A stretch of 63,603 nucleotides of DNA, the filler included, from Collodictyon triciliatum (Eukaryota), in assembly GCA_043381765.1 (NCBI GenBank). It is 4 parts of 4 records of this genome, joined end to end, with 100 filler letters (N's around TTAATTAATTAA, not from the genome) between each part and the next. Parts side by side here need not be neighbours in the genome. Positions count along the whole stretch, not along the records: positions 15,015 to 29,914 come from JBHJMP010001757.1; positions 30,015 to 50,531 come from JBHJMP010001758.1; 2 more parts are not named here. One strand, written 5' to 3'. Below the pieces are notes generated by a model. That model worked only from the letters and a program-made list of their open reading frames with translations, did not search any database and had not been told where the DNA came from. Made by a program: the position numbers and the translations under genes. Positions 18,863-35,665 of this stretch are shown here, piece by piece. Numbering within the stretch: position 1 is the first letter of the stretch; each line of letters starts with the position of its first letter.

Positions 18863-20006
18863 ATCCCTCCGGCAGTTTTGTGATTCATAAACACCTCTCT
18901 CTTTCTATCACCTCCACGAAACTATGTCCATCCCCCTTCCTCCCTCCATTTTGTGAGTTTCCAGAACAAAATAAATAAACGCCTAAGACTTCAACACCCC
19001 AATGTGGAAAATAGAAGATTCCAAATCAATCCTGCCTATCTTAATCAAATCGAGAGCAAAAGGAAGAGGCACAGGTTTTGGTAGCAGGGCATCAGATATG
19101 CGGCAGACGTTCAAGTCACAGGCACACCGCAAGGGCTCCGTGATGGAAGCGGCGGGTTCGCGGATGCACCTGCGAGGATTAGAGTACGCCCTTGGCTGAT
19201 GGCTCGTGTGCTCTTCCGCTTTGGTTACCTATGGGTAGCAACTCAGCTGCTTAACACAAGATTTCTAGTGTCATCCACGAAAAATGTACAAAGTCTGGCG
19301 CATTTGAGTGGCGTGGATATTAGAATATCATTCACCCGGCTACCTTCACACGATGTGAATATGAATACGTTTTTTTTCAGAATAAATCGAGAAATAGCTT
19401 CGCCCTTGTTTTAATTGTCAAGCGTAACCATGTAGATAAATGAGTCCCTGGTCGCTGGTTTGTTGCGTCACACTAATGTTCTCTGAGGCTCTACCAAACT
19501 TGCCATATAATGGGCTCGCAATGGAGATATAGCATCTCTATCTTGCTCAGGTCAATTAGTGATTATACTATTATTTCGTGCAAACCCCTTTTACCAGGAA
19601 AGGCACGAAAGATAATGGTATGTGATATACGATTGGTCCTTGGTGTCCAGCGTACACCTTTCGTCCATCAAAGCTCTCGAAAACACGGATTTATCATTAT
19701 CGTTATTGCTATCGTTTCAAAAAGGGCAAACCCAATGCCGCCCTAAAAGATTGAAACACCAGGGTTCTTTACTTCTTGGTAGATGCCTTGGCTTAACTTA
19801 TGGATTGTGGGTTGGCAGCTCATCGACTATCTCACATCTCACATATATGATACCTAACAGATTATCCACCAAGGCACGGAAGGAACAGGACACGACGGCC
19901 TTCCCGACGAATCTGCTTTATTGTTCGTGGTGGATCATTCGCCAAAACAGAACGCAAAAATTAGGGGTATCCAAACCACAGCGCACATGGCTGCACAAAA
20001 CTGCGC

Positions 20007-20110
20007 GAAAAAAGAAAAAGAAAAAGAAAAAGAAAAAGAAAAAGAAAAAGAAAAAGAAAAAGAAAAAGAAAAAGAAAAAGAAAAAGAAAAAGAAAAAGAA
20101 AAAGAAAAGA
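20007..20110. repeat. (GAAAAA)n microsatellite upstream of the VWA-arrestin gene
   Basis: Directly visible. Confidence 0.9.
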
Positions 20111-20233
20111 AAAAGAAAAGAAAAAAGAAAAAAGAACAAAAAGAAGAAGAAAAAGAACAAAAAGAAAAAAGGAAGTTTTTGATATTATATGAACACTCAG
20201 CTTAACCCAGACAAACCCCACAGGCAGCTACCT

Positions 20234-23200
20234 ATGAGCGCCACTAGTAGCGAAACTCGTCCAATGTCCTTGGAGACACATAACTGCAGCTTGCCAAACA
20301 CCTTAGAGCAAACAAACCCGCCCCCTTTGATCCCCACCGAGTCTGCCGTTGCTTCGATCAGGACTTTGTTGGAGCCTCGTCTGATTCTTGCGCAAAAGCC
20401 CGAGAACCCTGACAAAGCCACGGCGGACGAGTTGTGGACCCATTTTCTTTGTGCTTTCCAAGAGAGCGAGCCTGGAATACACCGCCTGCTCATATTGACG
20501 GAGTTCCTGGCTTCCTGGCGCCAACCGCTTAGTGGGGAGCAGGCAGTGAAAGTCCTCTGCCACTTTTCTGCTCCTGTAGAGCTGAAGCAGGCTTTTCTTT
20601 TGGTGGAATACTTCATTCCGGGGTTGACTTGTGCACAGGTTGCTGATGCGTTGGCCTCCTTGGAGGATGGTTGGGTAATGCGCGCCTTTAGTATTAGTTA
20701 AATTAATAAGCTTGAGATATGACAAGGCTTTCATTCATTCCTGGGTGGGAATTGTTCTCCTGTAATATTCATTTTAGTTATCAGCGTATGCATTGACGCT
20801 GTGCGTTCACTTAACTTCGCAGGGTGATGTATTGCGCATGATGAGGTCAACCATATTGGATGATACCAACCAAGATGAAATAATTGTAGGGATATCACCT
20901 CATTTACAAATTACATACAAAAACTATGCACACAAAGAGAAGAAGAAATAAGCAAACAAATGTTACTCGAGTAAGTGTGCCCAAATATTCTAAATAAACT
21001 TTACAAATTATAAGTCTAGAATTCGTAATCCTGGAAGCGCCAAATTAGTGGAGGATATTTTAACATACAAAGAAAATAGCCTCAGTTCACTAAGCTGTAT
21101 CTTCGGTAGGCTGGAGGGGGAAAAGAATCTTATAATCATAGATTGTTCTGAATCGATGACCCATATGTAATTCCTCTCTTTTTTTTCTTGATCTGGAATA
21201 ACATCAATATAATTGTTGGCTTGTTTTAATTTATACTTTTCTCATAATGAACATTTGGAGATTCATATGTTAGCCCAGAGAAACTCACCATCGAAAGGGA
21301 CTCACTTCAGAGTATTTTTTTTTTCCATTAATTATCTAATACTTTTGATCTCTTTCCTTTTTTTTTCTTAGGATAACAACACCCGATGGATCTTATATTA
21401 GCAAATCTGATTTTGTATTGAGGGAGTTGAATATTGTTTTGAATACAAAATACGAGAAGCAGCCATGGTAATGATATTTCCATTTGAATAATGATGCGAC
21501 GGAGTATTAGTTTGCCAGTGCACATAGTCGCATATTGCTAATAATGTTTATGGAGTAATCCCAGTCAACTTGCTTGCATTTAACTTTAAAGGGTAAACGT
21601 GGTACTTTATAATGACGAGACGCACGTTCTATCTGAAGAGTTTATGGAGATAAATCGAGAATCTTCGGATAAAATCCAGCAATTTTTTAGAGTGTCGAAG
21701 GTAAATACTGCAGTCTGCACTATCATGAATAAGCTACATTTATTCTCTGGTGCATTAAGATATTTATCTTGACAATTCTTACATCCAGAGGCAGGGTTCA
21801 TCCGCAGGTCTTAAAGATGCATTCCAATTCTCCCTCCCAACAAAATTACTTGATGCTACCGATGCTGTTCATTGCATATGTGGCGGTTCATTCGATTTGG
21901 ATGTATTGCAGCTTGCTATGCAACAACAATATATACCTGTTCATTCCACATTCATATCTTCCATTACGGAAAACAAGTAAAAGAAGACGCATATACCAAT
22001 ACTCATAATAATTCATTAAGTTTTTCTAAAAGAAAAGCCGATATGTTCATCTTATCTCACTACAGCATAACGCACACCATTATTTCTCATTATAACTCTA
22101 GTCAATATTTTACCAGAGTGCTGGAAGATTCACTAGCTTGTCGGAAATTGCACGTTCTGTCATATCACACCGGTGGTACTTTCCGTCTCGTTGGGTGTCA
22201 CAGAGCTTCTGAGGTGAGCGATACATATAAACTGAAAGGAAATCTGAGGCAACTAAATTTTCAACAAACATCGAATATTTATTTGCGGTCATTTTATACA
22301 CATATTTTTCTTTGAAAATGAATTCATAGACTAAGGCTGATCGAAAATCTCGTGAAATCAGTTGGTTCCCTGAGGTACATCTACCCTTTTCATAGGCTGA
22401 TATCATCCATAATTAACATCATCGTTCCGTTTTTCAATTTTTCAATTTCGATCTTTTGATTTATGTTTTTTCGTAAATGAAATAAAGCATCAGGAAGGAC
22501 ACCAAATCCACACTCTTGCCAATTTTGGAGAAGACAATGAAAATACAGCAGAGAATATTAGCTCAAGTAAGTCAAAAATAAAGCAAAAGTAAACAAATCA
22601 AACAAAAGAATCATATATCCTACAAATAACAAAAGAGACCCTCTCGATTTGATATAAAATTATTTTTCTACAAATAATGGACATCTTCACTTCTCTTAAA
22701 CTCATGCACAGACCGTGGGCCAGACTCACCTATGATTCACAATACGGTAAATCAAACGAGTTTCATTAACACCTACTGTGGACGCTACCTGACAAAATCA
22801 TGGTCTAACCCTCGTGTGATTTTTTTCTTCAACCTTACAGGAAGCAGAAAAGTATCGTTATCTGAGTGAGTCTTTGAAGGTCGATGGTATGCCTCAATTA
22901 ATGGGCAATCAATTAGATCAATCAGGAAATGAAATAAGTCCTAATCGTAATACAATAAAATATATACTGACATGACCCAATTTTAAATATCAGAGACAGC
23001 CTCTCAAATTGATGTTGATGAATCATCACAAAGTTCAAGCTTTATGTAAAAACAAAAAAAAATCCTATCACCATCATATATTAGGATTATTTTAAATACT
23101 TATGCCCAAATATACAATTGAAGTTGCCATACATGAGCTTCTTCTTTTTCTTTATTCATCAATTCATTAAATAATCTTGAATAGATACGGGGGAAACTCA

Positions 23201-26200
23201 GACCCGATTTACGGGAGAAAAATACCATCTGTTTCATTTTCCCAACAATTCCAACGAGGCAAGCAGGGTAACGCAAGGTCTGATGTCGTAAAAAACTCGA
23301 CCCGCACAAACTCAAGCCCTAGTGTCATTCTATCAGAAAGATTCAAGAAATTGTCCGCAAGGAAAGATTCTCATGGGACCCAGTTTCGACCTGGTGAAAT
23401 CGAGGCAAATATACAACATTTTTCACATGACTTTTGTACTATCGAATTACTTTGAGCTATATTCTCATATATTTTGGGTCTTCATTGACCATTGACGTGC
23501 CACATACTCAGTTTGACGTGTACATAAGAGACGTCTCACATTTGATTGTATTCTTCAATATTGCCAATCAAACCTTGACTTTGATTTCGGATGCAGGTGA
23601 TGCCCAGACTAGCCGTAGTTGACATGTCGGCCTTTATTCAACATGGCACGCCCACCGAATTTTCCCAAGAAAATTATGTTGTTCTTACTACTCATGACCC
23701 GGGAAATAAAGTATCGATAGAGTTGGATTCAAGTCAGATACACGCTGGTCAATTTGCAACAGGAAAATTGAAAGTTTGACTCTTTTTTTTTTTTTTTTTT
23801 TTTATGTTTTTTCCACTCATAAAAATATGGTTTTGATAAGGCTCTATAAATAGAAATATACATATTCGAATAACTGCTTACCATATAACAATCACATATT
23901 CATTTCCATGTTACTTTTGTGGATAGATATCGTTTGTCAATTGCTTCTTCGTCAATCGGATAATTGTCGAACTCAGAGGATCACAAAAAGTTGAAATAAA
24001 GGGGTTTGTTTACTTTTTTTTAAAAAAAAAATAAGCAGAATAAAAGGAGTGCAATTTTACTTCAAATCCTTAAAAGTGTATTGTGATTCAATATTTACAT
24101 GCGTTTTATATAAATAAAATAGGAAACAAAGTAACACGGTTCAGACGAAGGAAAAGTCGAAGGATAGTTTGATATTTTTTTCACAAGAAACTATTCTATC
24201 CTCCAAAGGGGCATACTATACCCCTGGCACGCGCTATCTTCATTTCTCATCCTTTGTGCCTGTGGAAATGCCATGTGGGTTTAGATATGATTTAACCATT
24301 TCATTTTTTTTATCATAAAACGTTAGTAAACCCTTCTTTCAAACGAATAGAACTTAGAAAAATCAACTGAAAATACATTTTCTTATGATTACTGCATAGC
24401 TTCTTTTTCTATGACCAACATAAAGACATCAAGCTATCCTTCAGGACTCACTGCGCGAGTATGCTTCCTGAATACTCATTTTCTTATAAGGGCCCATAGA
24501 CGCGCTACCTTCTGTTTCTGTCTGATATACGTTCATCCATGTTGAAAACATCAATTCATCCAGGATATACTCAAATTATCTTCATTTTATAAGGTGACTT
24601 ACAAGTTTATTGCCCGGGTCGAAATGGCCATTAATTATTCGTTGACTACAAAAACTAACATACGGGTTCATCAAATACCTAAGCCACCGAAGGTCATAGA
24701 AGGTTTGCATTAATAAAATAATCAAAATGGGTCTGCATCTATGCTCACACATAAGAAATTTGAACATCATGCCCATGCACTGGCTGCTTACAAATGATGG
24801 CCACTATCCTAGGCGAAGTTTCTTCTCGCAGTCTTAATCGCATGTATATGAAAGCTTCCATGGATAAGGTTAAAATTGAAACAATTGCTTTGGTGATGAA
24901 ATCAAAAATTGTGATATTTTAAAAGAGAGTAAGAAGGAAAATGTAATAATAAAAAAAGGCTCCATTTTGATGGATATGGGTTGAAATCTGATATTCTCCT
25001 GAACAGCATCTATATGTCCCGGGAGAACAGGCTCTTTTGAAGTGCGAATTTAACAACTTATCAACAGCTGATATTAGAGCATGGAAGGTAAAAATAACAA
25101 CTTGACTGACACTCTTATCATAATTGCCGATGAAAAATTGCAATTTTCGAATATAACCCTCCAGAATCTCTTATCTGCCCACCAATATTAGCTTATCCTG
25201 AAGGCTCATCAGATTTATACCCAATTCTATTGTATTTTTTATTTTATTTTTTCACAAGTAGTTACCAATCCTAGGTGTCGCTTATCGAGTCCCTGGAATT
25301 GAAATTCGAGGGGCAAAAAATAGTCAATTCCATTCATTTATTTCAAGAAGCTTTTGAGGGATTTGTTCAATTTTATTATGGACAAAGGTAGTATTTCAGT
25401 GGGGTGATATTCGCTCATTTTGCAATTATACAAACAAAAACAAGGGCTTACCTCCCTTTTACATAATTGATTGGCGATGATTTGAGATGTCTCGCTGTTT
25501 AAAAAAAAAATAATCAAATACGACAACTTGATTAAAAAAAAATAATCCAATGAAGCACATCTTGAATTACCTTTTGTAACTAATTGCATGGTTGTAAATT
25601 ACATACACTAGAATTTTCCCGTTTGCAATACCACTATCGATTTTGCCATCGATTGCAACAGAGCTAATTCAGAATAAATATCACCTTCGCATCGAAGCAG
25701 AGTCGAGCTTCGGTCAAAGCCTTGGTCAGAACTGCCTTGCCATACGCTCGACTATTCCTATTTTGCACTCATTTTCTTTAAACTGTTTAATTATTTTTTT
25801 TTAAAAAAAAATAAAGAGGAGTTCTAAAAATATAATAAAATGTAAGCACTGTACAACAATCACTTATTCCATTCTTTCTTAACTATGAACGGGTGTTTGC
25901 AGACATCACGCTTCCTCTCTACATCGGCCATTCCGAAGCCAGCGACGCGCCTTCCTCGAAGCTGCCGATGAGGGCATTGGAGATTCTGCACCGACCAAAG
26001 TGGCAGAACGAAGGCCAAACGTCGATCTGTGCTGTGTGCCAGGAGCAGTTTGGAATGCTGCAGTATGTCCACACCGCTTCTCTCGCGCTTTCTCAGACCC
26101 TTCTATTCCTCGTAATCATGTGTCTCCCACATCATAATCCACTTACACTCGGCCCAAAGGAGAAAACACCATTGTCGGTACTGCGGGAACGTCGTTTGCT

Positions 26201-26346
26201 CGGCGTGCAGCCGTTCCGAAATCCCGCTCCCCCAGCTCGGATTTACGGACGCCGTCCGGATTTGCGACAGGTGCGTCGTCCGGGCGAAGGAGGGAGAAAT
26301 GGGATTTCACACGCCCAGTCGCTATCTGGAACACATAGGCAGCTAA
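20234..26346 (+). CDS. Multidomain protein: DUF4476-like helical region + VWA + linker + arrestin-N/C + FYVE (one gene, or two if a premature-stop acceptor is used near 23600)
   Basis: VWA MIDAS-like IIIDCSESM (~21130) and a C-terminal ...YHTGGTF. Arrestin-like segments KVSIELDSSQIHAGQFATGKLK, YVPGEQALLKCEFNNLS and FPFAIPLSILPSIATELIQNKYHLRIE. FYVE WQNE..C..C...RKHHCRYCG..VC..CS...RICDRC. TAA at 26344-26346. Confidence 0.62.
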
Positions 26347-26864
26347 ACAGGATTGCAAAGCACCGTGAAGGTCTCTGCTCTGCTCTTACTACCGCCAACA
26401 TCACCATCGCCATCACTACCGCCATCTTTATCATCACCACTTCCGTCATCTTTATCATCATTATCGCCGTATCTCGTGAACGCATATCGTTGCCCTAAAA
26501 GTCTCCTCCCTATAAAGCATATATATATTCAAACCTGGTTGTGTATTATTCATGCATAAATTTCCTCAATCATTTATTATTTTTTTGAAGAAGAATAATA
26601 ACTCGACGCTTCCTTCTATCGCGTAAGTGTGATTTAAATACGAAGAGTAGAGTTCTCATAAGGTGTCAAAATATTAACGCTTTTTGTTTCTGTTTTTGTT
26701 TTTGTTTTTGTTTGTTCTTTCGTAGTTGTGCTGGGAAAGCCTCTACCAAGGTTATTGGGATATTGAGGGGGTTTAGATGCTGTCGTTTAAAGTAGAGATG
26801 CAGGAAATAATGCGCGATGGTAAAGTCTATCAAACTTGCACAAAAGAATATATAAGGCGAATGC

Positions 26865-27483
26865 CTAGGCGACCATAGATAGCGTTGAGAAGCAGCGGTC
26901 GCACACACGCGATGGAGGGTCCAGAAATGTAAGTGCAAACTTATTTGAAGAGCACGCGTGGCAGAATATAAGCCCGCATTTCCGACAATGGTGCTATGCG
27001 AAAAGAGAAACGAAAATAATTTAAGTCACAGTGAACCGTGGCCCATGAATATCAATCATCACAGGATAAGGAGAAATGCATAGATAAAGTATTCAAATAT
27101 CAGGCTGTAGGAAAGGGCACGGCGTGACCATTGTCTCTTCTTTTATTTATTTATTTATTTATTTCGCAACTGATGTAATATTTATGTTGTAGACCCATGA
27201 ATATGGAAAATATATAAATTTTGTGTTTCTGTTTCTATTTCTGTTTTTGTTTACCCGCCGAAGTAGAAGAGTAAACGGGGCCTGACAACTCGCACAAACA
27301 CTAACAGCATCATCAGGAACCCACTCTCGAGCCTGGCCAGCTGCTGCTCGTGATGTGGGCATAACTGCATATGAGAACTGACAAGAATCATACTTTCCCT
27401 GTGTTATTTTTTTTTTTGATTAAAAAGGATATGTATCAAGAAATTGTCACAAGCAACAACAAAAGAAAATTGAGCGGGGGACA

Positions 27484-27582
<99 letters not shown>

Positions 27583-30014
27583 TGTAGAAAAAAAAGGAAA
27601 TGAAGGAAATAAAATCTGATGTCAGTATTAAAGATATGAAAGCTACATCATCAGACAAATAATCGTCCTCTTCTACAGGGATTTTCGAGACAACAATCGA
27701 TGACTGCGATAGCACGGGCAACATTGGTGTTGCAATTGGCACGTCTGTTTGGTTCAAGGACCATTTTCGAACGCTGTCTACAAAGACAAGAACACTATCA
27801 GGGTCGACTTCAGGATGCAAGCCCTGACCAAGGTTGGCAATAAACCCTTTGGAGCCAAAATTATCCAACATGCGGAAAACCTTATGAATTATGCGTTAAG
27901 CATCGAAGAAGAAAAAATCAGCACATGACCACATCATCAAAATAGTAGCCATATCATAGACAATAAAAGACAATAGTTTCGTGCACTAAGAATAAGAGAC
28001 CGAAATATGTTGGGATCAACTGGAGTAAGCAACCATGAATGTAAAAAGAAAGGGCAGAAATACTAGGAAATGCGACAAGACATGCAATATATAGTGTGTC
28101 TCATTTTGAAGAAATCATGTAAAATCACCTCTCTCTGAATTCCCTCTGGGCCAGCAAAGAGAACGCAAGGGTCGAGATTTCCTTGTAATGCAACACGGTC
28201 GCCGACCATCTGTAGAGCAGCTTTCGGGTCGACGGACCAGTCCACTGAAAGGACATTAAATCCCGTCCGTGACATAACATCTAGGGAGCAGAATGTGTTT
28301 TTTGTGTACAGAATCAAAGGGATATCTGGGAAGCTCTGACGAGAAGGAAAAAAAGAAAAAGAAAAAGAAAATTAGGGATTTAATACTTAACTCCGCTAGT
28401 GGTGAATGATTTAGATTTTTTTAAAAAATTTTTATCATATGTCATTTTAGCGCTTAAAATTACATAAACCGTGTTTGATCTAAAGACAAAGACAAAGACA
28501 AAGACAAAGACAAAGACAAAGACAAAGACAAAGACAAAGACAAAGACAAAGACAAAGACAAAGACAAAGACAAAGACAAAGACAAAGCTAAATATGATGT
28601 ATCTGTAAAGTTTACGTCTCTAAGCTTTCGGGATATCTGACGAAGATATGAGAATCCAAACAATTCGTGAAGATGTGGAGATATCTCACCCAAGTAATAG
28701 TCCATTACCTGAATTACCTATAATGCCATCGTGAGTGGTCGGCAAGATAATCTTCAAGGGATCTGGATTGGCCCTGAATGTATAACACAAATATACACCC
28801 TTACCTGTGCTCCAGAGTTAAGTTGAAGCAGGGCAAAGTCGATAATAACTTCAGTTAGTTTCTGCAACAAGAAATGACAGGAAGTTGGATACCGGTACAT
28901 CCATCTCTTTGCCTTCTTTAAGACACGGTTCCCTCGCCCCTCGATCATGTAACAAAAAAGAGTAAAAGGGCCACCAAGCAAACCTATTCGTATTTTTAAT
29001 AGAGAAAAACAGCAGAAGAATCACAATAATGATACGTATTGTGTAATGTAGAAAAACGATATAATCAGGTGATCTTTTTGTATCAGGTTGCAGATTTTAA
29101 AGTTTATTGTTTTATAAAAGAAACAAACCTATGAGTGGGACATCACCACATAGCTTCCTTCTGGATAATGTTATGGTTTCCAACACAGGATTGACACACG
29201 GTAGAAGTGATGGTGCAGGGAGACTTTGAATATCCCGAGGAGTATCAATTGGGTTGAAAACTTTTACACCTACAAGTAAAGTATATGATAAATCTTGTTT
29301 AATCGCAGAATTTTAGCACCTAATATCGAATTAGCTCTGTCTTCATGTCTTATAATGAAGCATATGAATAATATTGGATCTCAAGAAGAGTTTGGCCCAA
29401 GTGAATGTATAATTTGACATGAATCAGCCAAAGCTAAGGGTGATTTGTGAGTTTAAAAATATATCTTCTATAGAAATATAAAGGCAATGAGGGAGTGGAA
29501 ACCTGCTCGTGGATCCATCCCGACCCGCAAGTGAAAAGCCTGAAGCGGAACAAGTACGTCGGTAAAGAGAATTGCTGCATCAAAGCCAAACTTGCGAACA
29601 GGAAGTACTGTGCAATCGGAGGCTAAGTCCGGTTCACAGCAGACCTTTTTGTGTAACTCTCAGTATGGTTGCAATCGAAACACACTAACTTGCAGTTGGA
29701 AAGAGAACGTAACGTATGTCAAGTGCAGACGAGCGGGACAAAAAATAAAAAAAAACCAAAAATGAAAAATGAAAAAGAAAGAGAAAAAAAAAGAGAAAAA
29801 AAAAGAGAAAAAAAAAGAGAAAAGAGAGAGAAAAGAGAGAGAAAAGAGAGAGAAAAGAGAGAGAAAAGAGAGAGAAAAGAGAGAGAAAAGAGAGAGAAAA
29901 GAGAGAGAAAAGAGNNNNNNNNNNNNNNNNNNNNNNNNNNNNNNNNNNNNNNNNNNNNTTAATTAATTAANNNNNNNNNNNNNNNNNNNNNNNNNNNNNN
30001 NNNNNNNNNNNNNN

Positions 30015-30049
<35 letters not shown>

Positions 30050-30545
30050 AAAAAAAAGACAAAAAAAAACAAAAAAAAACAAAAAAAAAAAAGGCTAATG
30101 AGAAAAGGAGAATAAAAATCTAGCAAGAGAGAAGACATTTAAGACTGAAAACTCACGGATATAGTTCCTCGCTCACCAAGGACATATCGTGTTCCACCAA
30201 GTTAGAGAGGAGCACAATATCTTTTCTTCTTCGTCAAGTATATAGAGGAGAGAATGTGGTGTACGAAATCGTTTCTTTCTTTAAGAAAAAATCTCCCAAA
30301 GAAAAGGAAAGTGATAAACACGAATGCCCACCAAAACAAAACAAAAAAGTACAGGCGCGTAGTGCTACAAAATGGGTAGTGGCATAACGATTGAAAAGAT
30401 AAAGAACTCACCCAACCGTCAAGAGGTTAACTAGAGAGTGTCGTGTATTTGCAGTGCTGGCACCTTCACTTCTGGAGCGGATCGGCCTCATGACAAACGA
30501 GTCCATCATATTTATATCGATCAGCTCCAAGGCACTGGGATCCAT
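26865..30545 (-). CDS. Uroporphyrinogen decarboxylase-like protein with C-terminal FYVE zinc finger
   Basis: UROD-like segments FDAAILFTDVLV, VPLIGLLGGPFTLFCYMIEG, LSVDW, LQGNLDPCVLFA and FIANLGQGLHP. Exons 27880-27647 (234 nt), 27377-27255 (123 nt) and 26993-26865 (129 nt) join in phase 0 to give WVPD...RRHHCRKCG...RVCDRC. The first two exons (30545-30412, 30228-30177) lie across the linker and are less certain. Confidence 0.8.
28481..28586. repeat. (AAAGAC)n intronic microsatellite
   Basis: Directly visible. Confidence 0.95.
29915..30014. other. Assembly linker (N44-TTAATTAATTAA-N44), apparently inside an intron of the UROD-like gene
   Basis: Same linker structure, with purine-rich low-complexity sequence on both sides. 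Confidence 0.95.
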
Positions 30546-31343
30546 CTTGCTACACCGAGCGTTTTCTATTTCGACAGACCGAGTGTTTTTACAGCAGGAA
30601 GAAAAAAACGCAACAAATTCCAAAAAAACAAAAAAAAACTGGGCAATACACAAGTCAGGTTATCTGAAAAGCCACACCCACACACTGCTCAGCGGAGCAA
30701 TCCATTGCCACTTTCCAGGCTTCAATAATTGTTGTGTTAAGAAAGTCGTGTTTGTTTTTCAAAAGAAAAAAAAAAGAAAGACAGAAAGAAAACAATAGAA
30801 GAAACCTTTACTCTCTACTCCTTTTTTCGAAATGCCACACTCTCATTCAATTCGAAAAGGCAATCAGAAATCCCAATGGCCCGACAAAACGAAGGGAATG
30901 TGATATCTTTGGGGCAACAGATCGCAGGCTGCCAACACGCAACGCCCTTTCCAAGTTTGCAAATCTCAATCGAATTCAAATATTCAAGACGGCCGTTATT
31001 CCCTCGGCTCCAGTTTTGCTCATTGCAGTTGCGTTTTCTTTTTCTTCAGGGTTTAGTTCTCAGGTTGTTTGGATGAGTTTTTTTTTTTAAAAAACAGCCT
31101 ATTTCGAATTTTTGAATTTTAAACCATTGGCACGGCCAGCGGAAAAATCGATCTGAGAAAGCGAGGCGACGCTCGTTGAGCAATCTGCTTCGTGGTGTGG
31201 TGCGAGTTAGGAGGAAGTGGGCGATGTGGATCGGGCTGGGGTGGGAGCAACAGGAGCTTTCTTGGGCCAACGGACAATAGAATGCCGCCTGCATCGTACT
31301 TAGTTTCAGCTTGCTTCGCTTCTTAGTTGCCAAAGGGCCCAAG

Positions 31344-35062
<3,719 letters not shown>

Positions 35063-35665
35063 CCGTCACGATTGGGTTGTTGTGTCGTTCTTGGCAATCA
35101 ACTTACATATTTGACCGTCCTGTATCACGTGAAGAAATCCTGCTCGTCTCCATGTTCGCAAAAGAGCATTACCAATCTTAAACTGTACAAAAAAAAAATA
35201 TTTTTTTTCTATCAACAAAACTTTTCTAACTCACCGTCACCATCACCACACTCATCGCTCTGCTCCGATTATCTCTGGAACTCATACCTCATCAACTAAT
35301 TTTTTTTTTATTTTTTATTTTAAAAAAAAAAGTTAATAAACTAGAAAGAACAAATCTTCATTTGGACGTGAATTACCAAAGCAACTTTAAATTTATCAAA
35401 CGGAAGGAAGCATTCGATTAAATATATATCAATACTCTTTTCATCCCGCCCAATTTCGCTTCAAGGCGCCTCCAACATGTACACAAACTATGATTGTAGC
35501 TACGGCAGAAGGCGGATATCCTTGCTGTTCGCGCCTTGCAATGGCTGATTTAATGGATAATTGTTTGAGTGTGTTTATGTACATGTTCCAGGCAGCTCTC
35601 GCGTAGTTTTCCTACACACGCAGTCGCTGCTGCAACTTCGCCACAGAACAACCAAGCAAATGAAT

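Noticed and set aside
19050-19250. GC-rich intergenic block downstream of BiP as a possible ncRNA
   Set aside because: No convincing tRNA, snRNA or C/D-box signature by eye; an Infernal/Rfam search would be needed.
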